64,000 bases of DNA, from assembly GCA_018238545.1 (NCBI GenBank), contig JABCTC010000018.1, positions 6,310 through 70,309 of the forward strand. The letters are read 5' to 3'. This document shows positions 46,244-55,342 of this stretch, piece after piece. The position numbers and the translations under genes are program-made. This DNA is from Candidatus Heimdallarchaeota archaeon. Its GTDB lineage: Archaea; Asgardarchaeota; Heimdallarchaeia; Heimdallarchaeales; Heimdallarchaeaceae. The notes under the pieces are model-generated. The model was not told where the DNA came from and did no database searches. It saw only the letters and a list, made by a program, of their open reading frames with translations. Positions within the stretch are counted from its first letter, which is position 1; each line of letters starts with the position of its first letter.

Positions 46244-49200
46244 TTAATTTCTTCTTTTTCTTAAAGCAAAAGTTAGAGCTAGAAGTGTAAGTACAGAAGC
46301 GAATAGAAAAATACTCGATTGGTTAGTGTCTTCAGGATGATCTTCTGGATCGGTAGGATCGGTACCATAAGTAAACAATTCTTCACTATCACTCCAACCA
46401 TCACCATCAGTATCAGAATTGTTGGGATTAGTGTTTTGATAATACTCGTCTAAATTGGTTAAAGTATCACCATCAGGATCGTAACCTGCATCATTGACTG
46501 AAGGATCAAGGCCATTATCGACTTCCCAACCGTCAGGCATGCCATCGTAGTCAGAATCAGTGCTATTTGGGTCAGAATTGTAAGAATATTCTTCGAGATT
46601 AGTCAAACCGTCACCATCAAGATCTGAAGAAGCATCAGAAGGATTTAATGGGTCAAGACCATTATCATATTCCCAACCATCGGGCATCAAATCATCATCA
46701 GTGTCACTGTCGAGAGGATCTGTATTAGTATTCATATATTCCTCGTAGTTAGATAAACCATCCGCGTCAGGATCTTCACCACCATCATGAACAAGAGGAT
46801 TTGTGCCATATTCAACTTCCCAGTCATCCCACATCGAGTCATAATCTGTGTCCCAATATTGAGGATTAGTTCCATGAGTATATTCTTCAAGGTTAGTCAA
46901 TGTATCGCCATCAGGATCTAAAGCAGAATCATCGGATAAAGGATTGAGACTATTGTCGACTTCCCAGCCATCAGGCATCAAATCATCATCAGAATCGGAA
47001 TCTTGAGGGTCAGTACCAATGGTATATTCGTCCAAATTATACAATCCATCACTATCAAGGTCAGAATATGCATCATCAACCAAAGGGTTGAGAGTGTTAT
47101 CAACTTCCCAGCCGTCAGGCATGGAATCACCATCTGTGTCGTCGTTATTTGGATCAGTGTTATTAGTATATTCTTCAAGGTTAGTCAATGTATCGCCATC
47201 AGGATCTAAAGCAGAATCATCAATCTCAGTATTCAGTCCATGTTGGTCTTCCCAGATATCATTCATTCCATCGTTATCAAAATCGTAAAATGAGGGATAA
47301 TCAGTGTTATCAGTAGGGTCAGTACCAAGTGTAACTTCTAAACCATCATTAAATCCATCATCGTCTGAATCAGTATCTAGAGGATAAGTACCAATAGTAT
47401 ATTCTTCAAGATTAGTTAAATCATCACTATCAGGATCTAAAGAAGAATCATCAACGAGAGGATTAAGACCGTTATCAACTTCCCAGCCGTCAGGCATGGA
47501 ATCACTATCTGTATCACTATCATTTGGATTAGTTCCCCAAGCAATTTCTTCATCATCCAAAAGCCCATCATCGTCTGAATCAGCGTCATTTGGATCAGTG
47601 TCATTAGTATATTCTTCAAGATTAGTTAAATTATCACTATCGGAATCTAAAGAAGAATCATCAACAAGAGGGTTGAGGCCGTTATCTACTTCCCAGCCAT
47701 CGGGAATTAAATCATTGTCTGAATCAGCGTCATTTGGATCAGTGTTATTAGTATATTCTTCGAGATTGGTTAAATCGTCACTGTCTGGATCTAATGAAGC
47801 ATCAGAAGCATCTAGTGGGTTAAGACTATTATCAACTTCCCAGCCATCTAGCATTAAATCATTGTCTGAATCAGCGTCATTTGGATCAGTGTCATTAGTA
47901 TATTCTTCAAGGTTGGATAAACCATCACTATCGGAATCTAAAGAAGAATCATCAACAAGAGGATCGAGACCATTATCAACTTCCCAACCATCAGGCATCA
48001 AATCATCATCAGAATCAACGTCATTTGGATTAGTTCCAGCTACTACTTCTTCATTATCTAATAGTCCATCACCGTCTGAGTCTGGGTCGAGAGGGTCGGT
48101 GCCCGCAGTATATTCTTGAAGATTAGTCAATGTATCGCCATCAGGGTCTAATGCAGAATCATCAACAAGTGGGTTGAGACTATTGTCCACTTCCCAACCA
48201 TCAGGCATGCCATCGTCATCTGAGTCGGAATCATTGGGGTCGGTTCCAGCTGCTACCTCTTCATTATCAAGTAGTCCATCATTGTCGGAATCATTATCGT
48301 TTGGATCAGTATCATTAGTATATTCTTCAAGGTTAGTCAATGTATCGCCATCAGGATCTAAAGAAGAATCATCAACAAGAGGATCGAGACCATTATCAAC
48401 TTCCCAACCATCAGGCATCAAATCGTCATCAGAGTCGGAATCTTGAGGGTCAGTACCATTAGTATATTCGCCTAAATTGTCCAAACCATCACTATCAGGA
48501 TCTAAAGAAGAATCATCAACTAAGGGATTAAGACCATTGTCCACTTCCCAATTATCTGGCATCAAATCATCGTCAGAATCGTTGTCATTGGGGTCGGTAT
48601 TATTTGTGTATTCTTCGATATTGGTTAAACCGTCACCATCTGGATCTAAAGAAGAATCATCAACTAAAGGATCGAGACCATTGTCGACTTCCCAGCCATC
48701 GGGCATTAAATCATCATCAGAGTCATTATCATTGGGATCTGTTCCTTGAATATATTCACCATAATTATCCAAACCATCACTATCAGGATCTAAAGAAGAA
48801 TCATCAACCAAAGGATTAAGGCTGTTATCAACTTCCCAGCCATCAGGCATCAAATCGTTGTCTGTGTCATTGTCGTTTGGATCGGTTCCAGCTACAATCT
48901 CTTCATTATCTAAGAGTCCGTCATCATCAGAGTCATTGTCATGGGGGTCAGTGTTATTTGTATATTCTTGGAGGTTGGTCAGACTATCTCCATCAGGATC
49001 TAAAGCAGAATCATCAACGAGAGGATCGAGACCATTATCGACTTCCCAACCATCGGGCATGGAATCGCTATCTGTGTCATTGTTGTTAGGGTCTGTTCCA
49101 TATAGATATTTTTCTTCTCTATCATCTATCCCATCATTATCTGTATCTATTACGTTCAATGGGTAGAGGTCTACTCCGTTTCCTGGACCGCTTATTGCAT

Positions 49201-50593
49201 AAGTTCCTGTTTCATTCCAATTTGACCAATAATTTCCTTCATTTGTATTCACGTCATACCAAGTATTTACTGTATCACCGTACGCTTGTGAATCTTGCCC
49301 TATACTGTTGTTTATGAAGATATTATGATATATTCTGTTAGGGTTGGAACCGCCTAAATATAATCCATAACCATATTCCGATACTTCATTATAATTGTTT
49401 ACAAAAATATTGTTAGTTATATTGGAATAACTTGCCCAAAATGTATGTAGTCCATATCCATTGTTCTTACTACATGTATTATTATCAATGATAGAATAAT
49501 AAGGACCTAAGATATATATTCCAGCGTTGCTGTTATTCTCACAAGTATTATTTGTAACTACATTACTTGAATACCTAAGATACATTCCATAGATGTCGTT
49601 GTTATTGCAAGTGTTGTTGGTTACAGTTGTAGAATCAGATTCATAGACATATATCCCTGAATTGTCATTATTTGCACAGGTATTGTTCGCAACATTTGTA
49701 TTTGCAGCATATTCAATATAGATTCCATTCACATTTCCTGTACAAGTATTTTCTGCAACAGTTGGAGAAGAAGAAGCTTCAGCAATATGAATTCCGTTAT
49801 TACCGTTGTTCTCAATAGTATTGTTTCTTATTTCAGGATAAGCTGTCCAACGAATTCGTAGCCCATACCCAGTATTTTCTGAACAGGTATTGTCAGTCAC
49901 AGTTGCATTATTACCATTATAATCGATATATATACCTAGAGCATTACTTTCACAAGTATTGTTATCAATGATTACTGATGCACTATTATAACTGTATATT
50001 CCATTGCCTGAATTGTTTGAGCATATGTTGTTTGTTATGGTAGAATTAGTTGATTTCCATAGAACAATACCATCAGTATTGTCTGTACATACATTCCCGT
50101 CAATTGTAGTATTCAGACTTTGCAGTATGTACATTCCATATTGAGCATTATTTGCACAAGTATTATTTATTACTTTAGCTGTTCCCGCAGCAACACCAGT
50201 GATACGTATTCCATAGTTCAATCCATCTAAATAATTATCACGAATAACAAAATGCATTGTCGTACCTGTAACGTAAATAGCTGTGTCGTCAGTTGTTGTA
50301 ATGTTATAATTATTTATTATATACGGATCACCTTCACTTCCATCCCCTGAAGTACTAGAAGCTGCCAAAGTAGCATTATTCCATATATAAATATCTTCTG
50401 TAAGTTCTACGTAAGCCATCTTATTATAGTCTTGATCGTTAGGCATGTATACTTCACTATCAAAACTAGGTTCTACTGTGCTTGTATTAACCAAATTGAA
50501 ACTGATTGCAACACTCATAACTAAGCACAAAGCCAGAAAAATTGAAACTCCTTTTTTATAGGATCCAAAATATTTTTTTAAATTATTTATCAC
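46244..50593 (-). CDS. Giant cell-surface protein: signal peptide, right-handed beta-helix (NosD/pectin-lyase-like) domain, about forty EF-hand-like Ca-binding repeats, C-terminal TM anchor
   Basis: N-terminal hydrophobic signal (ISIFLALCLVMSVAISF). Residues 100-470 have repeated NNTC.(N)N..GIYI beta-helix rungs. Residues 480-1410 are tandem units of about 45 aa alternating DSDDDLMPDGWE and DPDGDGLTNLEEY, each fitting the 12-residue EF loop D-x-D-x-D-G-x-x-x-x-x-E. C-terminus SSIFLFASVLTLLALTFALRKRRN. Confidence 0.85.
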   Translation of the reverse strand: MINNLKKYFGSYKKGVSIFLALCLVMSVAISFNLVNTSTVEPSFDSEVYMPNDQDYNKMAYVELTEDIYIWNNATLAASSTSGDGSEGDPYIINNYNITTTDDTAIYVTGTTMHFVIRDNYLDGLNYGIRITGVAAGTAKVINNTCANNAQYGMYILQSLNTTIDGNVCTDNTDGIVLWKSTNSTITNNICSNNSGNGIYSYNSASVIIDNNTCESNALGIYIDYNGNNATVTDNTCSENTGYGLRIRWTAYPEIRNNTIENNGNNGIHIAEASSSPTVAENTCTGNVNGIYIEYAANTNVANNTCANNDNSGIYVYESDSTTVTNNTCNNNDIYGMYLRYSSNVVTNNTCENNSNAGIYILGPYYSIIDNNTCSKNNGYGLHTFWASYSNITNNIFVNNYNEVSEYGYGLYLGGSNPNRIYHNIFINNSIGQDSQAYGDTVNTWYDVNTNEGNYWSNWNETGTYAISGPGNGVDLYPLNVIDTDNDGIDDREEKYLYGTDPNNNDTDSDSMPDGWEVDNGLDPLVDDSALDPDGDSLTNLQEYTNNTDPHDNDSDDDGLLDNEEIVAGTDPNDNDTDNDLMPDGWEVDNSLNPLVDDSSLDPDSDGLDNYGEYIQGTDPNDNDSDDDLMPDGWEVDNGLDPLVDDSSLDPDGDGLTNIEEYTNNTDPNDNDSDDDLMPDNWEVDNGLNPLVDDSSLDPDSDGLDNLGEYTNGTDPQDSDSDDDLMPDGWEVDNGLDPLVDDSSLDPDGDTLTNLEEYTNDTDPNDNDSDNDGLLDNEEVAAGTDPNDSDSDDDGMPDGWEVDNSLNPLVDDSALDPDGDTLTNLQEYTAGTDPLDPDSDGDGLLDNEEVVAGTNPNDVDSDDDLMPDGWEVDNGLDPLVDDSSLDSDSDGLSNLEEYTNDTDPNDADSDNDLMLDGWEVDNSLNPLDASDASLDPDSDDLTNLEEYTNNTDPNDADSDNDLIPDGWEVDNGLNPLVDDSSLDSDSDNLTNLEEYTNDTDPNDADSDDDGLLDDEEIAWGTNPNDSDTDSDSMPDGWEVDNGLNPLVDDSSLDPDSDDLTNLEEYTIGTYPLDTDSDDDGFNDGLEVTLGTDPTDNTDYPSFYDFDNDGMNDIWEDQHGLNTEIDDSALDPDGDTLTNLEEYTNNTDPNNDDTDGDSMPDGWEVDNTLNPLVDDAYSDLDSDGLYNLDEYTIGTDPQDSDSDDDLMPDGWEVDNSLNPLSDDSALDPDGDTLTNLEEYTHGTNPQYWDTDYDSMWDDWEVEYGTNPLVHDGGEDPDADGLSNYEEYMNTNTDPLDSDTDDDLMPDGWEYDNGLDPLNPSDASSDLDGDGLTNLEEYSYNSDPNSTDSDYDGMPDGWEVDNGLDPSVNDAGYDPDGDTLTNLDEYYQNTNPNNSDTDGDGWSDSEELFTYGTDPTDPEDHPEDTNQSSIFLFASVLTLLALTFALRKRRN
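46360..49160 (-). repeat. Tandem coding repeats (thrombospondin-type-3-like / EF-loop calcium-binding units)
   Basis: About 20 near-identical units of about 135 nt. These produce the spurious Ser-rich antisense ORFs on the + strand (47496..48119 and others). Confidence 0.8.
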
Positions 50594-50840
50594 TAAATAT
50601 TCCCCTTTTTAAAGCAATTAGATTATCTTTGAAGTTGCTATTTAAGTATATTGAATTGTAGTTACACAGATTTAGAATTAATACACAAATTTAGTGTAAA
50701 TTATTCTAAAACAAATTTAAACAACAGCCAATGAAGACGCTAGCCTTATAAGTTTTTCAAATTCTCTAACTTCATGAGGGGTTATTTTGTACAAAACTAT
50801 AAAAGTTGAGGTCTTTTTATAAGAAAATTAACATAGAAGA

Positions 50841-52067
50841 ATGATGTTAATTAAAGGGAAAGAATCAGCAAAATGGATAGAAACAACCATCCCTTTAATA
50901 CTTAATCCAGGAACAACAAAGCAGCTTTATTTGCAGAAAGCTCAAGCTAAGATCCTAGCTTTCGCTAAACAGTTGCTACCTTTTAAACAGCATAGTGCTT
51001 CAGCTCTACACTTCCACCATCTGGTCTATACAAAGTTCAAGTATCTAGGCATACAAAGTCAAGTACAAGAAGCGGTGCAGCGGAGAGTGTATGCAGCAAA
51101 ACGAGCGAAAACGTTCGCTCATCTACCTATGGAATTTAATTTTCCGCGGAGTGGGAGGCTCATTCTCTCCAAGAGAGGGAACGCACTTGTTAAACTCTCT
51201 CCTCTCAAACAACGTATAGCCGTACCTATCTTGATGAACGGTGGGTGGAGAAGAGTGGAAGAGCACAGAAAAGGAGGGTGGGAGGCTCACAGCTGTAAAG
51301 TGTTCAAAAGAAAACGTATCTGGGTTATGCATCTTATCATGCGTAAAGCACTCCCACTTCCCCAAGAAGTGGAAGGAACCATCGGTGTGGACATAGGAAG
51401 AAAGATCATGGCAGCAATCACGGTCAATCATCCTAATTTTCCCTTTGTTGAACAATATCTTGGGAAAGATCTGGCGTGGAAACAACACCAGTTCTATAAT
51501 CGTAGAAAAACCTTGCAAAAATATGCTGCGCAAGGAGATAGACGTGCACGGCGTGCACTCAACAGATTACGAAGAAAAGAAACAACTTATGTTCAAACCC
51601 GTTGTGCTCAACTAGCACACGAAATAGTAGACTTAGCTGTAATCACCCGTTCAGCTATAGTTTTGGAAAATCTTACGCATTTACGAAGAATGTGGACAAA
51701 ACAAGCGATGAAACGAAAGAGAGGAGGGAAGAAGACCAGACGTGCACTCAATCGCTGGTCATACAGTCTCTTTCATACTACTTTGACTCGAGTAGCACAA
51801 TTACACCATGTTCCTGTGGTATTTGTCCGTCCGCAATATACCAGTCAAACCTGCTCACAGTGTGGACATCGAAGTAAGAACTCACGAACCACTCGTGACC
51901 TATTTAGGTGTGTCAATTGTAATTTCACTGTTAACGCTGACCGCAATGCATCACGTAACCTAGCACTGCTAGGGCAAGTAGTTTTTGGTCTCCCCTTCTT
52001 CAATGCTTATCGATCTTTCCTTCCCGTTCCTACTGAGCGAAGAATCCTGCGTTCTTCAGTATCTTAG
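50841..52067 (+). CDS. tnpB: TnpB (IS605 OrfB-family RNA-guided nuclease-like transposon protein)
   Basis: RuvC-I IGVDIGRKIMAAI (Asp), RuvC-II AIVLENLTHL (Glu), a zinc finger CSQCGH...CVNCNF, and RuvC-III NADRNASRNLA (Asp). All catalytic residues are intact. Confidence 0.85.
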   Translation: MMLIKGKESAKWIETTIPLILNPGTTKQLYLQKAQAKILAFAKQLLPFKQHSASALHFHHLVYTKFKYLGIQSQVQEAVQRRVYAAKRAKTFAHLPMEFNFPRSGRLILSKRGNALVKLSPLKQRIAVPILMNGGWRRVEEHRKGGWEAHSCKVFKRKRIWVMHLIMRKALPLPQEVEGTIGVDIGRKIMAAITVNHPNFPFVEQYLGKDLAWKQHQFYNRRKTLQKYAAQGDRRARRALNRLRRKETTYVQTRCAQLAHEIVDLAVITRSAIVLENLTHLRRMWTKQAMKRKRGGKKTRRALNRWSYSLFHTTLTRVAQLHHVPVVFVRPQYTSQTCSQCGHRSKNSRTTRDLFRCVNCNFTVNADRNASRNLALLGQVVFGLPFFNAYRSFLPVPTERRILRSSVS

Positions 52068-52150
52068 GCTAAGGTGCGCTCACCCACCTTCTATGGCGCG
52101 ATGAAAGTTCAATCCCTGTTGATTGACTTGAGTGCAAGAGAAATGTATAA
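52030..52150 (+). ncRNA. Candidate omega-RNA (reRNA) scaffold at the tnpB right end
   Basis: It overlaps the 3' end of tnpB and extends about 80 nt. Two short hairpins are visible by eye. GC content reverts to background at about 52150. Assignment is by analogy to characterised TnpB systems. Confidence 0.35.
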
Positions 52151-52579
52151 ATGCAAATTTGTACAAAAATCAAGTTGATGAGCTATGAAATCTTAGATAT
52201 AGATCTAGAAAGCATAGATGACGACTCGTTGGAACTTATTGTAGATTATCTGAAAAAAAGTGAAATACAGGAATATCCTAAGGATCCTGTTCCTCCACGT
52301 GAAGCAATGCTTAAAGACATCAAACTAAAGCGAGAAGGAAAAGATAGTTTTCTAAGTGTTGTTTTGGATAAAAAAAGAGGACAAATCATAGCTAGAGCAA
52401 CAATTTCTGTGAAATTAGAAAATCACGTTGCATATAATCAAGCGAAGCATGTAGCAGATTTTGATCTAACAGTTTTGAAAGATTTTGTTCATTTAGAAAT
52501 CATTGAAAAACTATTCACATCTGTAATCAGTAAAGTGGAAAATTATGATTTTATATTTAACTTCTACAGTTTCTCTTAG
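52151..52579 (+). CDS. Hypothetical small acidic protein
   Basis: 142-aa ORF directly after the IS end, with no motifs. It could be spurious. Confidence 0.25.
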   Translation: MQICTKIKLMSYEILDIDLESIDDDSLELIVDYLKKSEIQEYPKDPVPPREAMLKDIKLKREGKDSFLSVVLDKKRGQIIARATISVKLENHVAYNQAKHVADFDLTVLKDFVHLEIIEKLFTSVISKVENYDFIFNFYSFS

Positions 52580-53910
52580 AATTTTTTATCAGTTTGATAT
52601 TTAGTTAATTTGAATATTTTAGACAATAACCATTCAAATGAACCTTTAAATTGAACCATATTCCATAGAAATGCAATTAGAAACCAGAATAGAACCATGA
52701 ACAATCCGAAAAGTATACTTGTCCAAATGTAGTTATTCCAACCAGGCATAATTGTATTCAATAACCATGCAACCAATTCCGATATTGGTCGTTCGAGTAG
52801 GAAGAATGTTAATGAGTTTCTACTAAACCTGAGAAAAATTGTTGAGAACTTCTTATCACTCTTCTGTAGATCCATTTTGTCCACTCGCTTATCAAACATT
52901 AATATCATTAATATTGATCCAACAACAATAAAGAATCCAATTTCGAACATCACGATAATATAATCAAAGAGAATATCATCTAGTAGGCCTATACTTTCAT
53001 AAATAGAATCAGGAATTAAGAAAGCAACAACTGCTGCAAGAAACCACCCAACACCTATCCAAATAAATTTGCGTATTTTCTTTTTAGTGGGATTGTCAGC
53101 TAAAACCATCCCAAAATAAGCTCCTATATAACCAAATCCTAGATAGGGTAAAATAGGAAAATAATTTCCTGCGAATACATCAATGAGATAAGCCACAAAG
53201 TAATTTCCATCTTGAATAGCACTGTCAAAATCATCATAGAAATATATTCGTAAAAAGGATACCAAGATAATTGCTATTCCGAGTGTTAACACTATAATTC
53301 TTCGATTCTTTTTCTTGTAGTTTTCTGCTTTTCTAAAGATGAGTGTGAATAGTAATCCCATTATTATTAGGTTCCAACCTAACATTGTGAATACTGAACC
53401 ATAGAGCATTTTCTCTGGTGAAACTTGATAAAATTGCCCTGTTCGGATAACACCTGCTAAAAAGGAATGGCTTATACTATGTGTCTCAAAATTCATGTTA
53501 AGAGGGCTCACTAAATAGGTATAAAGAAAATTAAGGAGTAAGAAAAAGACACCTAAGAAGCACCATCTTTTTCCGAAAGCCTTCCACGCGGGGTACTTTA
53601 CTTCATTCCTAAAGTTCTGCTCTAATCGCAGAAAACTTGAGTAAGTATTGACCACGGCTGAAATTAGGGCGAATAATCCTGCCCAATTTAAGACAACATA
53701 CATTATCATTAAGAAAACACTTAGATTTTCTAAATCGATTGTTGTTATCAAACCATAATGGTATACTGTACTATGAAGGAAAATTACTAGAATAATACCT
53801 AACGCACGGACATAATCAAAAACAAGCCATCGCTTAAATTTTCTTTCAGGTAGTTCTGATAACTCATTTTCTTTTGATAAAGCCTGATTTGTATTCTGCT
53901 CCAATTTCAT
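52576..53910 (-). CDS. Acyltransferase-3 / HGSNAT-like polytopic membrane acyltransferase
   Basis: N-terminal RWLVFDYVRALGIILVIFLHS matches the acyltransferase-3 signature (R..lD.lRg.ailaVv..H), followed by about 10 TM helices. Confidence 0.55.
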   Translation of the reverse strand: MKLEQNTNQALSKENELSELPERKFKRWLVFDYVRALGIILVIFLHSTVYHYGLITTIDLENLSVFLMIMYVVLNWAGLFALISAVVNTYSSFLRLEQNFRNEVKYPAWKAFGKRWCFLGVFFLLLNFLYTYLVSPLNMNFETHSISHSFLAGVIRTGQFYQVSPEKMLYGSVFTMLGWNLIIMGLLFTLIFRKAENYKKKNRRIIVLTLGIAIILVSFLRIYFYDDFDSAIQDGNYFVAYLIDVFAGNYFPILPYLGFGYIGAYFGMVLADNPTKKKIRKFIWIGVGWFLAAVVAFLIPDSIYESIGLLDDILFDYIIVMFEIGFFIVVGSILMILMFDKRVDKMDLQKSDKKFSTIFLRFSRNSLTFFLLERPISELVAWLLNTIMPGWNNYIWTSILFGLFMVLFWFLIAFLWNMVQFKGSFEWLLSKIFKLTKYQTDKKF

Positions 53911-53934
53911 GTAAAACGAGTTTATTTTGAGGGG

Positions 53935-55275
53935 CTAATTTAAAAAATCTTCCTCGAAGGTTCTTTGTATTCTCCTGAGTTTCTTATCAAAATCTTGTTT
54001 GAGAGATACATATCGAAAATCTAATTCAGGCATTTTACTGTCATGTTTAGAAAAAATTCTTTCCAAACTCTGTTGAATAGTTCTTTCTATTTCTTTCTTA
54101 ACGAGTTTTTTTGCATTAGCAACTAACTGAAGATTGATTGTCAGATTTTCAGGTGAAGTTTGTATCGCATTATATTCCTCAATACTTTCTGAGGAACTGA
54201 TTATAGATCTACGAATGTAATCAGGTAAGATAAATTGTAGTTCATCACTACCGATTTTTTTACCAAGGATGATGTCATCTGCTCGACCATGAACCTCTTT
54301 GATTACACGGAATTTAGAACCGCAAGAGCAAGGTTCTGGATCTATAGTTAGTAAATCATTAAGCTTGTATCTGATAATTGGCGTCTTGCGTTTAATGAAA
54401 TCAGTTACAACAACAAAACCAGGTTTCCCAGGTTCAACAGGTTCATTATTCTTATCTAGAACTTCAACTAAAGTTGTGTCTTCATTAATGTGCAATTTTC
54501 CATCCTTGCAGGGTAGAGCAATAAAACTTTCTGAGGATTTGTAGACTTCCACAACTGAACAATTGAAATCTTTCTCTACGATTTTCTTCACGTTTGATGA
54601 GAGCACTTCTCCATAGGAGATAATCAATAATGGAGACACTTTCAATGATCCTTCCTTCTTTGCTCTTGCTAAAACTTGCAAAACGGAAGGAGGTCCTGAG
54701 AGTAAATTTGGATTAAGTGCATTTAGTTTTTTAACAATAGCTTCTATCGTATCTAAAGGGCTTACGTAAGTTATACGGATTTTCCTCCCATCATGACCAA
54801 AACCAGGAGAGAAAACACGAAGAATAAAGGCAAGGTGAATTTTTCTTGTTTTAGGAAAAGGAAATCTAAAGAAAACTAACAATTGCATCAAAAAAGCTTC
54901 CATTTTAGAAACAAACTCGAGACCCCTATTACCACTTGTACCTGTTGACATGCCCACTAAATAGCCTCTGTAGTATTCACTAAAGTCACGACTTTGTTCT
55001 TTTTCTAGACAATGATCAATACACTCTTCTCTTGTTAATCCTACAGTATTCAACTGAGTAAAATTATCCATGAAAAGCTGTTTATTAATAAAAGGTAAAT
55101 TACTGAAATCAGTTAAATCATAATTATTGTAGAAAGTAGAATAAAACTTTGATTTCTTGCTTGCATAGTGTATCAATTTCTTAGTTTGTTTCCTTTGATA
55201 TCTCTTAATTTTCTCTTCATCCCAGCTCTTAAACCGACTGTTAACTCTCCACAGGAATCTCAAAGGATTGAACAT
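53935..55275 (-). CDS. CapK / coenzyme-F390-synthetase-like adenylate-forming enzyme
   Basis: P-loop-like GMSTGTSGNRG. C-terminal GKPGFVVVTDF...PIIRYKLNDLLTIDPEPCSCGSKFRVIKEVHGRADDII matches the CapK/PaaK C-terminal pattern (..RY..gD.....C.CG.......GR.dD.i). Confidence 0.65.
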   Translation of the reverse strand: MFNPLRFLWRVNSRFKSWDEEKIKRYQRKQTKKLIHYASKKSKFYSTFYNNYDLTDFSNLPFINKQLFMDNFTQLNTVGLTREECIDHCLEKEQSRDFSEYYRGYLVGMSTGTSGNRGLEFVSKMEAFLMQLLVFFRFPFPKTRKIHLAFILRVFSPGFGHDGRKIRITYVSPLDTIEAIVKKLNALNPNLLSGPPSVLQVLARAKKEGSLKVSPLLIISYGEVLSSNVKKIVEKDFNCSVVEVYKSSESFIALPCKDGKLHINEDTTLVEVLDKNNEPVEPGKPGFVVVTDFIKRKTPIIRYKLNDLLTIDPEPCSCGSKFRVIKEVHGRADDIILGKKIGSDELQFILPDYIRRSIISSSESIEEYNAIQTSPENLTINLQLVANAKKLVKKEIERTIQQSLERIFSKHDSKMPELDFRYVSLKQDFDKKLRRIQRTFEEDFLN

Positions 55276-55342
55276 ATTACACAGCTCAAATCATCCAATA
55301 TATCAATTCCGTTTGGATTAAAAAAAGGAAATAAAGGAAGAA

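Larger units (their letters stand above)
50760..52150 (+). mobile_element. IS200/IS605-family (IS1341-like, tnpB-only) insertion; boundaries approximate
   Basis: GC-rich island of about 47-50% in a 33% background, coinciding with tnpB. A structured GC-rich 3' tail (ggtgcgctcacc hairpin; tcaatc-cctgtt-gattga hairpin) sits at 52070..52130. No tnpA is present. Confidence 0.5.

Noticed and set aside
47003-49166. Multiple plus-strand ORFs (for example 47496..48119, 48174..48446, 48477..48749, 48858..49166) encoding Ser/Leu-rich peptides
   Set aside because: They are the antisense of the GAT/GAC-rich tandem repeats of the 1449-aa minus-strand surface-protein gene. They are repetitive, mutually frame-shifted and have no independent start context, so they are artifacts of the repeat.
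50700-50840. Palindromic cttataag elements upstream of tnpB as the IS left-end hairpin
   Set aside because: The two copies are not arranged as a clear inverted repeat or hairpin. The left-end boundary cannot be assigned without additional element copies.
51123-51533. 136-aa minus-strand ORF inside tnpB
   Set aside because: Antisense to a CDS with intact conserved motifs.
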